This document shows, in pieces, positions 20,372 through 31,056 of a stretch of 64,000 nt of DNA (position 1 is its first letter; each line of letters starts with the position of its first letter). Source of the DNA: an uncultured delta proteobacterium (GTDB lineage Bacteria > Desulfobacterota > Binatia > UBA9968); assembly GCA_963745035.1 (NCBI GenBank), contig CAVUVW010000013.1:1504001-1568000 (forward strand), read 5' to 3'. A program made the position numbers and the translations under genes. The notes under the pieces are model-generated. The model saw only the letters and a list, made by a program, of their open reading frames with translations, was not told the DNA's origin and made no database searches.

Positions 20372-21460
20372 ATGCAGTTCGGGCTTTTTTCCAACGGCGA
20401 AAGACACAATCAAGTCGCCAAGGTCACCTACGACGAGGATTTGGCCGAAGTCATTCTGGCCGATGAGCTCGGCTTACAGGAGGCATGGATCAGCGAGCAC
20501 GGAACGTTCGTCAGCTTCCACGCGCCGGACCAACTTCCCTGCGCCGATCCGTTTATTTGCAAGGCCGCGGCTCTGACCAAGCAGATCCGCATGGGGCCGG
20601 GCATCCGCCCGCTTCCCTACTTTCATCCTTTGCAGGTCGCCACCGACGCAGCGGTCTGCGATCACCTGACCAACGGCCGCTACATGGCCGGCTTCGGCGT
20701 CGGCCTCCCGGGCAAGACACCGCAGCGCGGCAAGCTTCCCGGCGATACCCGCGCCATGACCCGCGAAGCGATCGAGCTGATTCTCACCGCTTGGACCGCG
20801 ACCGAACCGTTCGACTGGCACGGCGAATTCTGGCAAGGCGAGCAACTGCACATCATCCCCCAGCCCTTGACCAAGCCGCACATGGAAGTCGGCATGGCTT
20901 GCTCGCGCAGCGAGGGAACCCTCGAGCTGACCGCGCAAAAGGGCTTCATTCCGCTCATGAGCTGGACGCCGCAATCCGGACAACTCAAAAACATGATCGA
21001 AATCTACCAGCGCGCCGGCGAGGAAGCGCAACGCCCCGCGCCGCGGAGCCGCGTGCGCGTCGCGCGCATGATCTACGTCACCGACTCGGTGGCGCAAGCC
21101 AAGCGCGATCTCAGCGGCATCGACCTCGGCGCCGCCAAAGTGACGCGCCGCCTCGATCAATACATTCCCGCAGGCGGCGCGCGTGACGACTTGACGATGG
21201 ATTACATGATCGATCGCGGCGCATTTTTCTGCGGCGATCCCGACACGGTCTATAACCAAATCAAAGAGCTGTACGACGAAACCGGCGGCTTCGGTGTTTT
21301 GCTTCTGCTCGCCGGCAAAGATTGGGGCAGCCACGAGCAGCGGCTGCGCTCAATGCGGCTTTTCATGTCCGAAGTTGCGCCACGGCTGACGCGGCTGAAT
21401 CCGGCCGCGGCGGCACAGAAGCAGTCCCCGATAGAATCGCATAGCTCACGGAGGTCATGA
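20372..21460 (+). CDS. LLM class (luciferase-like) flavin-dependent oxidoreductase
   Basis: ADELGLQEAWISEH, LPYFHPLQVA, DHLTNGRY, SMRLFMSEVAP motifs. Confidence 0.9.
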   Translation: MQFGLFSNGERHNQVAKVTYDEDLAEVILADELGLQEAWISEHGTFVSFHAPDQLPCADPFICKAAALTKQIRMGPGIRPLPYFHPLQVATDAAVCDHLTNGRYMAGFGVGLPGKTPQRGKLPGDTRAMTREAIELILTAWTATEPFDWHGEFWQGEQLHIIPQPLTKPHMEVGMACSRSEGTLELTAQKGFIPLMSWTPQSGQLKNMIEIYQRAGEEAQRPAPRSRVRVARMIYVTDSVAQAKRDLSGIDLGAAKVTRRLDQYIPAGGARDDLTMDYMIDRGAFFCGDPDTVYNQIKELYDETGGFGVLLLLAGKDWGSHEQRLRSMRLFMSEVAPRLTRLNPAAAAQKQSPIESHSSRRS

Positions 21461-22257
21461 TGTTCGCTCACATCAAACACGCAGCGATTTATACCCAGAA
21501 CCCGGGCGCGATGATCGCCTTCTATGAAAAGATTCTAGGCATGAAGCGAATCACCACCGCGGTGACCGAAGCCAATCGCGGCCACATCAGCGACGGGCTC
21601 ATCGGGCTGGCCGTGCTCGCAAGACGGCCGGGAATTCCGGGAGGCTTGGATCATTTCGGCTTTGAAGTCGACGATATCGAGACGGTGCTGCAAAGAATCA
21701 GAGACAAGTATCCGAAGACGATCATTACAAAAGGGCTTGAGAGAGTTCCGTTCGCGGTTTTTCGCAGCCACGACCCGGCCGGGGCACAGTTCGATATCTC
21801 CGAGCGCACCCACGAGAAAGTTCGCGAGGGTTACAAGGAAGACGGTTGGGATCAACCGCGCCAGTTCAACCACGTTGTGATTCGCGCCGCCGAGCCGAGG
21901 CAAATCGCGGAGTTCTACCAGGAAGTTTTCGAGCTCTTCGAAGTCAAGGAACCGCCGCTCGGCGATGCCGTCTGCCTGAGCGACGGCAAGGTTCGCCTGC
22001 TTATCCTGCCGACGAACAACAGCTCCTATATCAGCATGCGCCAGGGCCTCGATCACATCGGCTTCAAGGTCGAGAGCATCGAGCAAGCCAAGAAGGATCT
22101 CGATGCGCTGGCCGGTTCTGTGCCCGCGTCGGCAGCCAAGGATATCGGCGCCGGCATTTTCGGACATTTCACGAAGGCGGACATGGCAGCGTGCAAGATC
22201 GGCCAGTACGCCCTGGCCGATCCCGACGGCGTCCTGCTGGACTTTTCAGAAAACTGA
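21457..22257 (+). CDS. VOC/glyoxalase family protein (tandem domains)
   Basis: IKHAAI, GLDHFGFEV, GLDHIGFKV and DPDGVLLD motifs; ATGA overlap with the LLM gene. Confidence 0.85.
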   Translation: MMFAHIKHAAIYTQNPGAMIAFYEKILGMKRITTAVTEANRGHISDGLIGLAVLARRPGIPGGLDHFGFEVDDIETVLQRIRDKYPKTIITKGLERVPFAVFRSHDPAGAQFDISERTHEKVREGYKEDGWDQPRQFNHVVIRAAEPRQIAEFYQEVFELFEVKEPPLGDAVCLSDGKVRLLILPTNNSSYISMRQGLDHIGFKVESIEQAKKDLDALAGSVPASAAKDIGAGIFGHFTKADMAACKIGQYALADPDGVLLDFSEN

Positions 22258-22264
22258 TTGCGAC

Positions 22265-23222
22265 ATGGCGAATCCGAATCGAATCCGGATACTGTGTATC
22301 CTCGTCGGCGCTCTTTTGATCTGCGTTCCCGCGCCGGCGATTGCGCAGCAGCTCAACCCAGATTCATATCGGCGTGCCGACCAACACGGTGACTTGGTTC
22401 CCGCTCTACGTGGCGTGGAAGAAGGGAATTTTTCAGGAACAGGGCATCGAGATGCTGCCGGTCACGATGTCGGTGCGCGCTTCCCTTGGGGCTTTGGCGT
22501 CACGGCATATTTCCTACATCACGCCTCTCGGTTCCTCGATGACGGCGATCGCCAACGGCCTTCCCGCCAAAGTGATCATGATCTTCGCGGTGCGATCGCA
22601 TCACGTCCTCGTCTCCAAACGTGAGATCGTTGCGCCGAGCGCACTGCGCGGTCACGGCGTCGCTATCAGCCAACCCGGCGGCACGGTCCACCGGCAGTTC
22701 CTCAAAATTCTCGAGCACTACAAGGTCGATCCCAAAGACGTGAAGATGATCAACTTGGGGGAAATGCCGAACCGCGCTCTCGCTCTCAAAGCCGGCACCA
22801 TCGACGCGGCGATGTTGAGCGTGCCCTACGATCTGTTCATGGAGAAGGACGGTTTTAGACCGATCGCCTATCTGAAGGATATCCTGGAGTTTCCGCTTCT
22901 CGGATTGATCGCCCATGACGAGCGCATAAGAGAAAGACCGGACGAGGTCAAAAAAGTTTTGACCGCCGCGCTCAAGGGCATCGCTTATACCAAGACTCAT
23001 CGCGAAGAGGTGCTGCCACTGCTGAAACAGTTTGTCGGCCTGCCGACGGTCGACATGACCCGCAAAACCTATGACGTGATCAAAGAACTTTGGCCGGATA
23101 ATGGAATTCCGTCCGACAAGGGACTGGCGATCGCTCTGAGCATGGCCGACGTGCCGCCAAACTTTCCTCCTGCAAAGATGGTCGATTGGTCGCTCGTCAG
23201 GGAGGCGGCGAAAAGCCGCTGA
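22265..23222 (+). CDS. NitT/TauT ABC substrate-binding protein (frameshift near 22350)
   Basis: Signal peptide MANPNRIRILCILVGALLIC in one frame; FPLYVAWKKGIFQEQG...DWSLVREA in the next. Confidence 0.82.
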
Positions 23223-23266
23223 AGCAAACCGTTACGCCGTCGCACTCCACGGAAACTCGCTCGCAT

Positions 23267-23797
23267 TTATTTCTCCGCCGGAAACCAGCCCTGCTGTTTG
23301 ATCAAGCCACGCAGATATTCGATTTGTCCCGCGTGGCGCGTGTTGCAGTTGACGACGCTGGCCAGGCGAATGCTCAACGTCGGCAGCGGTTGATACTGCG
23401 GTTCGTCGAGCACGCGATTCAGATCGGCGTTCGAGACGCTCGCCAGATAGCTCTTGGTTTGGGCGAACACCGCGTCGAGATAGTCGAGCAGCAGCGGCTT
23501 GTCAGAGACCGTAAACGCCTCCACCTGCGCTCGCGTCTGCCTGTGGCCTGAGCCGTAATCTTTCGGATCCGCCGGCATGTGGAAGCGCGCATGCCAACCC
23601 TCGGCGATCCACAACTGCGGGCGATCCAACAGTCCGGAAAAGTTGGCATCTTGGACACGCGAAAGGTGCCAGACGAGCCAGGCGATATGCGGCCTGGGCG
23701 GGGCGAGCAACTCTTCCGGCGACAGATCCTTCAGCGCCTCGCGCACCATGTCGCGCACGCGCCCTAACGCATCTAGAACCAATCCGGCGGCTTCCAT
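23267..23797 (-). CDS. DinB family protein
   Basis: IAWLVWHLSRVQD and RHAGQIEYLRG motifs. Confidence 0.85.
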   Translation of the reverse strand: MEAAGLVLDALGRVRDMVREALKDLSPEELLAPPRPHIAWLVWHLSRVQDANFSGLLDRPQLWIAEGWHARFHMPADPKDYGSGHRQTRAQVEAFTVSDKPLLLDYLDAVFAQTKSYLASVSNADLNRVLDEPQYQPLPTLSIRLASVVNCNTRHAGQIEYLRGLIKQQGWFPAEK

Positions 23798-23982
23798 CCG
23801 TGACTTCCTCAAAGGCTATTATCGGTTTCACACTATCAGATGCCGGGTGGGTGCGGCGAGATGCAAGATCGCTTTTCAGTTAGCCATTCAAGGAACATCC
23901 CCCACTTGACGGCCATGATGCACCTGCCCTATCGTGCCGCTAGGTCGCCGGTCGCCCACCAACCCATCACAAGGAGGCAGTT

Positions 23983-25503
23983 ATGGGATTTCTTACCGCC
24001 GAGGAGCTGAATCAGTTATCGCCCGCCGAGACTTCCGCCTATCCATCGCCCATACCGACGCAATCGGTTTCGAGCGACGAATTCATGCCCGCGCCACAGA
24101 GCGAAAAGCAGCGCGAGTTCGAGGCGCGTATCAAAGAATTCGGCGGCAAGCTGGCGCGCCGGCAAGGCATGTCGCGGCGCGCCTTCTTCAAGACCGCCGC
24201 GGGCATGGCGGCGGCATTCGTGGCGATGAACGAAACCTACGGCCGCCTTTATGACGCGAGCCGGGCCGAGGCGGCGATTCCTGAGATGGCCGGCGAGCGC
24301 GCCAAGGCGCTGGCCAATCAATTCGTCATGGACATGCATACTCACTTTCTGCGCGACGATACGCGCATCACCAACTTCGTGCGCCAGCGCGAAGCCGTGG
24401 GAAAAGCCGGTTGGAACCCAGCGCTGCAAGGCAAGCCGCAGACCATCGAAGATCTGAAGTTCGCCAATTATTTTAAAGAAGTGTTTCTCGACAGCGACAC
24501 CAAAGTCGCGTGCATCAGCGGCTCGGCGTCGGAGGATCCGCGCGACTGGTTTTTGACCAACGAAATGAAGTTCGACGCGCGCGCCAAGGTCAACAAGGAA
24601 GCAGGAACGAAGCGCATGTTTTCTCACGCGATCATGACGCCGGGCCGGCCGGGCTGGCTCGACAAGGTCGATGAGGAGATGGAAAGGCTCAAGCCCGATT
24701 CGTGGAAGGGCTACACCATCGGCGACAACACCAACAAGCATTTGTCCAAGCATCCCTATCGCCTCGACGACGAAAAGATCATGTATCCGTTCTATGAACG
24801 GCTGGTGAAGTGGAGCAAAGACCATCCCGGCGTGGTCAACGTCTGCATCCACAAGGGACTTTTCCCGCCGTCGGTCGAAGGAAAATTCCCCCATCTGGTC
24901 GGCTACTGTCACGTCGGCGACGTCGGCAAGGCGGCAAAGGATTGGCCGCAGCTCAATTTCATTATTTACCATTCGGCTTATCGTTGGGCCGGTGGCGGCA
25001 CCGCCGAGGACGCCTGGGGCCAACTCAACCGCACCGGCCGTATCGAGTGGGTAAACGATCTCGCCGAAATCCCGGCGCAGTACGGCGTGAAGAACGTCTA
25101 CGGCGACTTGGGGCAGATTTTCGCCCAAAGCACCATGGCCGATCCGCGCGTGTGCGCGTTCATGATGGGAACACTCGTCAAAGGACTCGGATCCGACCAC
25201 GTCGTGTGGGGCTCGGATTCGGTCTGGACCGGTTCGCCGCAGTGGCAGATCGAAGCGCTGCGCCGGCTGGAGATCCCCGAAGAGATGCAGAAGAAGCACG
25301 GCTTTAAGCCGCTCGGCGCGGCGGACGGCCCGGTCAAGCGCGCTATTCTCGGCGAGAACAACGCGCGGCTCTACCAATTCAACCCGCAGCAGCGCACGTC
25401 GTTGGAAAACGACCGCTTTGCGCAGCTCAAAGCCGATTACGAAACCAACGGCGCGGCGCGCAGCAATCTGACCTACGGTTACATTTACAGGCCCAGGGTC
25501 TGA
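23983..25503 (+). CDS. Amidohydrolase family protein with Tat-like motif
   Basis: SRRAFFKTAAGMAAAF; DMHTH, SWKGYT, CIHKG, WGSDSVW..SPQWQIEA; AAGGAGG RBS. Confidence 0.88.
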   Translation: MGFLTAEELNQLSPAETSAYPSPIPTQSVSSDEFMPAPQSEKQREFEARIKEFGGKLARRQGMSRRAFFKTAAGMAAAFVAMNETYGRLYDASRAEAAIPEMAGERAKALANQFVMDMHTHFLRDDTRITNFVRQREAVGKAGWNPALQGKPQTIEDLKFANYFKEVFLDSDTKVACISGSASEDPRDWFLTNEMKFDARAKVNKEAGTKRMFSHAIMTPGRPGWLDKVDEEMERLKPDSWKGYTIGDNTNKHLSKHPYRLDDEKIMYPFYERLVKWSKDHPGVVNVCIHKGLFPPSVEGKFPHLVGYCHVGDVGKAAKDWPQLNFIIYHSAYRWAGGGTAEDAWGQLNRTGRIEWVNDLAEIPAQYGVKNVYGDLGQIFAQSTMADPRVCAFMMGTLVKGLGSDHVVWGSDSVWTGSPQWQIEALRRLEIPEEMQKKHGFKPLGAADGPVKRAILGENNARLYQFNPQQRTSLENDRFAQLKADYETNGAARSNLTYGYIYRPRV

Positions 25504-25592
25504 GGAGTTGGAGCTTGGCGGCGCCGCGATTCAGGGGGCGCCGCCATTCAACCCGGCGCGCAGGTCAAGCAATCAGTTTCTATGCGAACACC

Positions 25593-26285
25593 GTGGCAGA
25601 TGAATTAAAAATCCTCAGCGCGGGCGCGGTAAAACCGGGACTGACCAAAGTCATTGACGCCTTTCAGCGCGATCGCGCGGTAAGAGTTCAAGTCTCGTTC
25701 GCAACCGCGCCGGCGATCCGCAAGCAGATCGGCGCAGGCGAAATACCCGACGTCGTGATTGCGCCGGCAGACGTGGTCGCGGAAATCACTCGATCGGGAA
25801 AATGCGTCGCGGGCGCCACTGTAGTTATCGGTCAAATCGGCGTCGGCGTTTTCGTCCGAGACGGCGAGCGGCTGCCGGGAATCGCCACGGTCGAAAGCTT
25901 CAAGGAGTCTCTGCTCAGCGTAGAATCCGTCGTTTACAACCAGGCTTCGACAGGGACTTATCTTGAGGCGCTTTTCGAATCGCTCGGCATCGGCGCTGCG
26001 ATCAGGGGCAAATCGACACGCTATCCCGATTTCGCCACCGTCCTCGATCACGTCAGCAAAGGCATGGGCCGAGAAATCGGTCTAGGCGCGACCACCGTGA
26101 TTATCGAAAACGAGAAGCATGGAGTAAGATTCGCCGGGCCGCTGCCGGCTGAGATTCAGAACTACACATCTTACGTCGCGGCGATCACCGCCGAGAGCGA
26201 CGCAAGAGGGACCGCCCAGCAGTTCATGCGTTACATCGCATCTCCGGCGGCAAAATCTCTTCTAACCGCCGCCGGCATTCAGTAG
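25593..26285 (+). CDS. ModA-like (molybdate-type) substrate-binding protein
   Basis: LKILSAGAVKP, STGTYL and GPLPAEIQNYTSY motifs; start uncertain (ORF is open from 25515). Confidence 0.8.
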   Translation: MADELKILSAGAVKPGLTKVIDAFQRDRAVRVQVSFATAPAIRKQIGAGEIPDVVIAPADVVAEITRSGKCVAGATVVIGQIGVGVFVRDGERLPGIATVESFKESLLSVESVVYNQASTGTYLEALFESLGIGAAIRGKSTRYPDFATVLDHVSKGMGREIGLGATTVIIENEKHGVRFAGPLPAEIQNYTSYVAAITAESDARGTAQQFMRYIASPAAKSLLTAAGIQ

Positions 26286-26352
26286 CGGAGCTCGCCAACT
26301 CGACTCGCAATCTTGCGCGGTTAAACAACGGCACCGATGATCTCGGATAAGT

Positions 26353-26425
26353 TCACCGCGGAGGCGCGGAGGACGGCGAGGAAAAGAGTAAAAAGATCTC
26401 TGCGAACTCTGCGCCTCTGCGGTGA
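26353..26425. repeat. Inverted-repeat element, CACCGCGGAG...CTCTGCGGTG family
   Basis: Related to 7474-7551; lies between convergent genes. Confidence 0.65.
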
Positions 26426-26431
26426 GCGGTA

Positions 26432-26947
26432 TTACCCAGCCGTTTCAAACGACAGCGTTGCGTAGCGCATGAAGACGCCGCCGCGCGGCTCTCCGAGCGG
26501 GCCGTTCGCCACCAGGCAGGCGATGACATGCTTGGTTCCCGGCGCAGCCTTGGTGTCTACTTCTACGCGCTGCGGTGCATTGATGCCCACGATCGCGCCG
26601 GTGGCGCGGTCGATCCTGCCGTCGATCCACACCTCGCCGTAGTTATCGACGTTGGTCTCGAACCAGACGCGGAACCCGGCTACATCGACCCCGTTCACTT
26701 TTTCCGGCAGCTCGACCGTAATGCGGTACCAGGCGAAGGTGAATCCTTTGGAGATGCTTTTGCGGATGTTGGCGCACACCTCCCACTTGGAGTCGTCGTA
26801 GTCCGGCAAGCGGGCCGGAGTGTTCGTTAGCTGCGCGGTAAGACCTTCGTTCGGTTGGCCCGGCACCAGTCCCTGGCCGACGCGCCACTGCCCTTTGATT
26901 TTGCGGCGGTCTTCGGCATTGTTGAGATCCAGAGTGATTCTCGGCAT
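26432..26947 (-). CDS. Hypothetical protein, galactose-binding/GH2 N-terminal-like jelly-roll
   Basis: DYDDSKW, AWYRITVELP and VDNYGEVWIDG resemble GH2 sugar-binding domains; GGAGGG RBS. Confidence 0.6.
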   Translation of the reverse strand: MPRITLDLNNAEDRRKIKGQWRVGQGLVPGQPNEGLTAQLTNTPARLPDYDDSKWEVCANIRKSISKGFTFAWYRITVELPEKVNGVDVAGFRVWFETNVDNYGEVWIDGRIDRATGAIVGINAPQRVEVDTKAAPGTKHVIACLVANGPLGEPRGGVFMRYATLSFETAG

Positions 26948-27092
26948 AACGCCCTCCTATCGCTCGATGATTTCTTCCTGCCGCAAGCACTGCCCGTTGC
27001 GAAATTGACTGGTTCCGCAACTCCGCGCCGCTGCGACAAAATCCAATTGTCTTTCGTCGCCGGGAGCCGGAGTGCCCGGAAAAGATATTCGG

Positions 27093-27719
27093 TCAGATGC
27101 CGCTCTTCCGGATAAGATTCTTCTCTTGCAATGTTTTCATGACGGCTTCGACGTAAGACTTGATCGCCGAACGCACGTTCTCCGGTTCCGTCGTTTTGAT
27201 CGTAGCGGTCCAGACAACGTCGTTTTTGCCCATGTCATGAAGCGTCGTTTCGGAAACATACTCGTTGTAACGGTAGACGCTCGGCGCGCCGCCGAGGCCG
27301 TGCCACGAGGCGCCGACGTTGGAGCCGAAAATTCCGAAGGAGGTGTACGGGAAATAGCCCGGCCCGTATTGAGTTTTTTCCTCGACTTGAATCAGCCGGA
27401 CGAAGAGCGCCGCGTCCGCGCTCGCCGTTTTCGCGGCCTCTTTGATCTTGTTTTCATCGATCTTCTCGTTCTCCGGGACAAATCGATAACTCGGCAGCGC
27501 ATCGACGCCAGCCGCGCGAAGCTGCGCGACAAACTCATCTTCAAAGTTGCGCCGCACGCTGGTGTCATCGCCCAAACCGCCGATCATGACGCGCTGAAAT
27601 GAGCCCGATGAGTATGCGGGATTGCGCCACTCGCTGACGATGGGAGTGGCGGCGGAGCAGCCGGCCAAAAGCAGCAAAAGCAACACATTCGCGATACTCC
27701 ACGACGAGGCTTTCATCAA
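27093..27719 (-). CDS. Hypothetical lipoprotein (DUF4136-like)
   Basis: LLAGC lipobox; RRNFEDEFV...VVWTATIKT. Confidence 0.7.
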   Translation of the reverse strand: MMKASSWSIANVLLLLLLAGCSAATPIVSEWRNPAYSSGSFQRVMIGGLGDDTSVRRNFEDEFVAQLRAAGVDALPSYRFVPENEKIDENKIKEAAKTASADAALFVRLIQVEEKTQYGPGYFPYTSFGIFGSNVGASWHGLGGAPSVYRYNEYVSETTLHDMGKNDVVWTATIKTTEPENVRSAIKSYVEAVMKTLQEKNLIRKSGI

Positions 27720-27764
27720 TCTTTCACCTTCCGATCGTATTTTATCGCGTGAGAATGCGAAGCG

Positions 27765-28749
27765 CTACGGCTTCCAGCCGCTCGTTTTCAATTCCTCGTT
27801 GGCTTTTTTCACGAAACTCAACTCGAAGATATCGGCGACTTTGATATCGCGCTGCACTTTGGTCGTGCGTTTCATATCGTCGATCATCGATTGCAACATC
27901 TTGTCGTCGCTGAATCCTTCCTTGAGTGTCAGCCGGGTTTGAATATCATAGATCGAGCCGACCAGCTCGCGATCTTTCATGCGCAGGTTGTCCATCATGT
28001 ATTTGATGGCCGCCTCCCGCCTCGTGACAAAATAATTCAGTCCCTTCAGTGACGCGCGCACGAAGCGAAAAATCTTTTCCGGGTTCTGCTTGATCTTGTC
28101 CTGGGACGTGGCCAAGCCGCCTTCGACCAGGTTGGCGTACTCGCTCGCGTTCGCGAGTTTGCTGAAGCCTTCCTTTTGCGCCCGCAGGCTCATCGCTGTA
28201 TTGAAAAGGGTCGCTGAAATCGCCTTGGTCTGGAGCGCCGGGAAGCGCACCTCGTCTCCGCCCATCACGACGAGGTTGACATCCTTGGTCGGATCGATGC
28301 CGTTTTTGCGCAAGATCTCGCGCGCCACCACGGCGAGGGATCCTTCGGGCGACATGATCGCGATGTTCTTGCCGCGCAGTTGGGAGACCGATTTGATCTC
28401 CGGCGACGCGATCAGATCCCATCCCGGCTTGTCCTGAAACACCGTAACCAGGCGCACCGAAACTCCCCTGACCGCCGCTGCCAGCGCGCTGCCGGCGTTG
28501 GTGAAAAAGTCGACGTCACCGGCGAGCGTCGTTCGAATGGCGATTTCTCCGCGAATGCTGAGCAACTCGACATTCAGCCCTTCTTCTTTGAAGTAGCCTT
28601 CCTTCTGCGCGATGATGAGGGAAAATACCGAGGTGTTGAGCGAGGGATAAGCAACACGCAGGTTGTCGATCGCGAACGCGGGTGTCGTTACACTCGCGGA
28701 TAAGACAATGCTCAAGAAGAACCGCTCTAGTTATCTTCATGCGCTTCAT
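27765..28749 (-). CDS. NitT/TauT ABC substrate-binding protein (frameshift in signal peptide)
   Basis: AQKEGYFKEEGLNVE, QLRGKNIA and FELSFVKKA motifs. Confidence 0.85.
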
Positions 28750-28939
28750 ACCAATCTCCTCTCACACTGAGTCGCTAAGCGCCGCAACTGTCCTGCCTTT
28801 TAGCTCGCAGATACGCTTCGGTCAAACGAAACAGCGCGCCGCGCGCGGAAAAAGCGTCTTGTCCCCGGCGCCGAAGTAGTCAAAGCAAGTGCCAGCCCGC
28901 AACCCACGGATTATCGAATCGTCCGATAGCATCTCCGGA

Positions 28940-28978
28940 AACGTTTTGAACGGCTTGAACGATTGGAACGGTTGGAAC
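28940..28978. repeat. Short 9-nt-period tandem repeat ((N)3-TTGAAC/TGGAAC)
   Basis: AACGTTTTGAACGGCTTGAACGATTGGAACGGTTGGAAC; related arrays at 41256-41333 and 42925-42956. Confidence 0.55.
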
Positions 28979-28981
28979 AGT

Positions 28982-29680
28982 TCAGCCGATTGTCACCGCC
29001 ACCCGAAACCCATAGTCCGCATACTGCAGATGAGGAAGCAGAGAGCTGCGCGCCGCGCAGCGGCTGAATTGCACGCGATGCCGCCACGAGCCGCCGCGCG
29101 ATGCGCGTCGCTTGCCGGACGGGGCGCCGCGCGGATTACGCTCGGGCGAATACCGATAATAGTTGTAATCGTACCAGTCGCTGCACCATTCGTGCACCCC
29201 TTCGCTCAGATCGTAAAGATCGAAATCATTCGGTCCATTGGCTCCCACCGGAAGCGGGCCGCCTGTTTCCTGGTTGCATCCTCTGAGACTCTTTTCCCAC
29301 GGCGGCTCGTCGCCCCATGGATACGCCGCGCCTTCGCGACCGCCGCGCGCGGCGCGCTCCCATTCAGCCTCGGTCGGAAGTCGAAATTCCTGTTGGTAGC
29401 GCTCGCACAGCCAGCGGCAATAAGCCACCGCATCGTTCCAGCTCACCCCAACCACCGGCTGATCCGCTCCGGAAAATACCGGATCACGCCAGAACGGCGG
29501 CGCGGGATAGCTCACCGCTCCGAGGAATTTCGCATACTCGCGATTCGTCACGGGATACTTGCCGATGGCGAAGCGATCGACCCACACACGATGGAGCGGG
29601 CGCTCATTGGCCTGGCCGCTCTCGCTACCCATGAGAAACCAGCCGCCTGGAATCGTCGCGATGCCCGGCGGCGCAGTCAT
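28982..29680 (-). CDS. Formylglycine-generating enzyme (SUMF1/FGE-sulfatase) domain protein
   Basis: GGWFLMGS, PVTNREY, RLPTEAEWERAARGG, GVHEWCSDWY, RGGSW and GFRV motifs. Confidence 0.9.
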   Translation of the reverse strand: MTAPPGIATIPGGWFLMGSESGQANERPLHRVWVDRFAIGKYPVTNREYAKFLGAVSYPAPPFWRDPVFSGADQPVVGVSWNDAVAYCRWLCERYQQEFRLPTEAEWERAARGGREGAAYPWGDEPPWEKSLRGCNQETGGPLPVGANGPNDFDLYDLSEGVHEWCSDWYDYNYYRYSPERNPRGAPSGKRRASRGGSWRHRVQFSRCAARSSLLPHLQYADYGFRVAVTIG

Positions 29681-29781
29681 TTTTCACGTTGTTCAGTTAA
29701 TGGCGCGGCCAAAGCACTGTCAAGCCGACGATTGCAGTCGCCGGCAAGATTGCCGTATAAGCGACAGGAACGGAGGTAGCG

Positions 29782-30850
29782 ATGACGAAAGTTTTCTTGA
29801 TCGAAAGCGGCAAGGCGGCGGTGATTGTTCTGGTCGCCGTGCTCGCGGCGGTAAGCTTCGGCGGCGCGGCGCGAGCACAGCAAGCGCCTTTTTACAAAGA
29901 TAAGACCATTCGCATCATCGTCGGCTTCACTTCCGGCGGGCTTTACGATCAGTATGCGCGTTTGCTCGCGCGCCATATGGGGAAATACATTCCGGGCAAT
30001 CCGAATATCATTGTACAGAACATGCCCGGCGCCGGTTCACTCACTTCGACGAATTATGTTTACAGCGTCGCTAAACCTGACGGCTTGACCCTCGGCATGC
30101 CCGGCAGCGGTATCTATTTGGATCAACTCCTCGGCCGCAAGGAAGCGAGTTTCGACGTGGCGAAATTGGCGTGGCTCGGCAGCATCGACCAGCGCGATCT
30201 GGTGCTTTACATGAGAGCCGACGCGCCGTGGAAATCGCATCGAAGACGTAGTGAACGCGAAAGAGCAGCCGAAATGCGGCGCCACCGGCACTTCCGATCT
30301 CACTTCCATTCTGACCAGCATCATGGATGAAACCCTTGGGGTGAAATTTCAGGAAGTGCGCGGCTATCCGGGCGGAGTCGAGATCGATCTCGCGCTCGAA
30401 AAAGGCGAGATTCATTGCCGCGGCACCGGCATCACCACTCACTTCGCGCGCGAGCCGTATTTTACCTGGCACAAGACCGGCTTCGATCGCCACATCATCC
30501 AGACCGGCGCGAAGAAGGATCCGCGTATGCTTGACGCGCCGACGTTGATCGAGCTCATGGACAAGAGAAAAACTTCCGCGTTCAGCCGGAGCGTCGCGAA
30601 GGTCATGCTGGTATCGGCGACTCTGGGACGGCCGATGATGACTACGCCCGGCACGCCGCCCGACCGCGTCAAGATCCTGCGGGAGGCCTACCTCAAAGCG
30701 TTCAACGATCCCGAAGGCATTCAGGAAGCCAAGAAGAGCCGCCTCGATCTCCAAGCACTTGCCGGCGCCGAAGTGGAAACACAGATACGTGAGGTCATGA
30801 ACCAGCCGAAGGACGTCATCGAGCGGGTAAAAAAACTTTCGGCCGAATAG
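29782..30850 (+). CDS. TctC/Bug family substrate-binding protein (frameshift near 30240)
   Basis: FYKDKTIRIIVGFTSGGLYD, PGNPNIIVQNMPGAGS, GYPGGVEIDLALEKGE. Confidence 0.87.
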
Positions 30851-30918
30851 CTAAACCGCCCTTGGCTTCAAGCAGAGGGAATTCTGAATTTGTTGACTGG
30901 AAGTAGACTCATAATTCC

Positions 30919-31000
30919 GTCATTCCGGCGGAAGCCGGAATCCAGACGGGTTTGAACTTGAACTGAAACCAACTTGGATGCCGGCCTTCGCCGGCATGAC
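30919..31000. repeat. REP/REPIN-like doublet (GTCATTCCGGCG...GCCGGCATGAC)
   Basis: Same architecture as 13183-13255; lies between convergent genes. Confidence 0.75.
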
Positions 31001-31056
31001 GAACTCTCATTTCGCCTAAAGGCGAGGGGCTTTAGTTTTATAGCAGCTTGTTAGAA

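Noticed and set aside
24016-25377. Long antisense/shadow ORFs (also 3432-4394, 7568-8596, 20474-21334, 40167-41126)
   Set aside because: They overlap well-supported genes on the opposite strand, lack motifs, and are expected from GC-rich codon bias
28940-28978. Short periodic repeats as a CRISPR array
   Set aside because: Period is only 7-9 nt, with no unique spacers and no cas genes
28982-29680. FGE-sulfatase gene as a diversity-generating retroelement target
   Set aside because: No reverse transcriptase, and no adenine-variant template repeat of its 3' end was seen in the window
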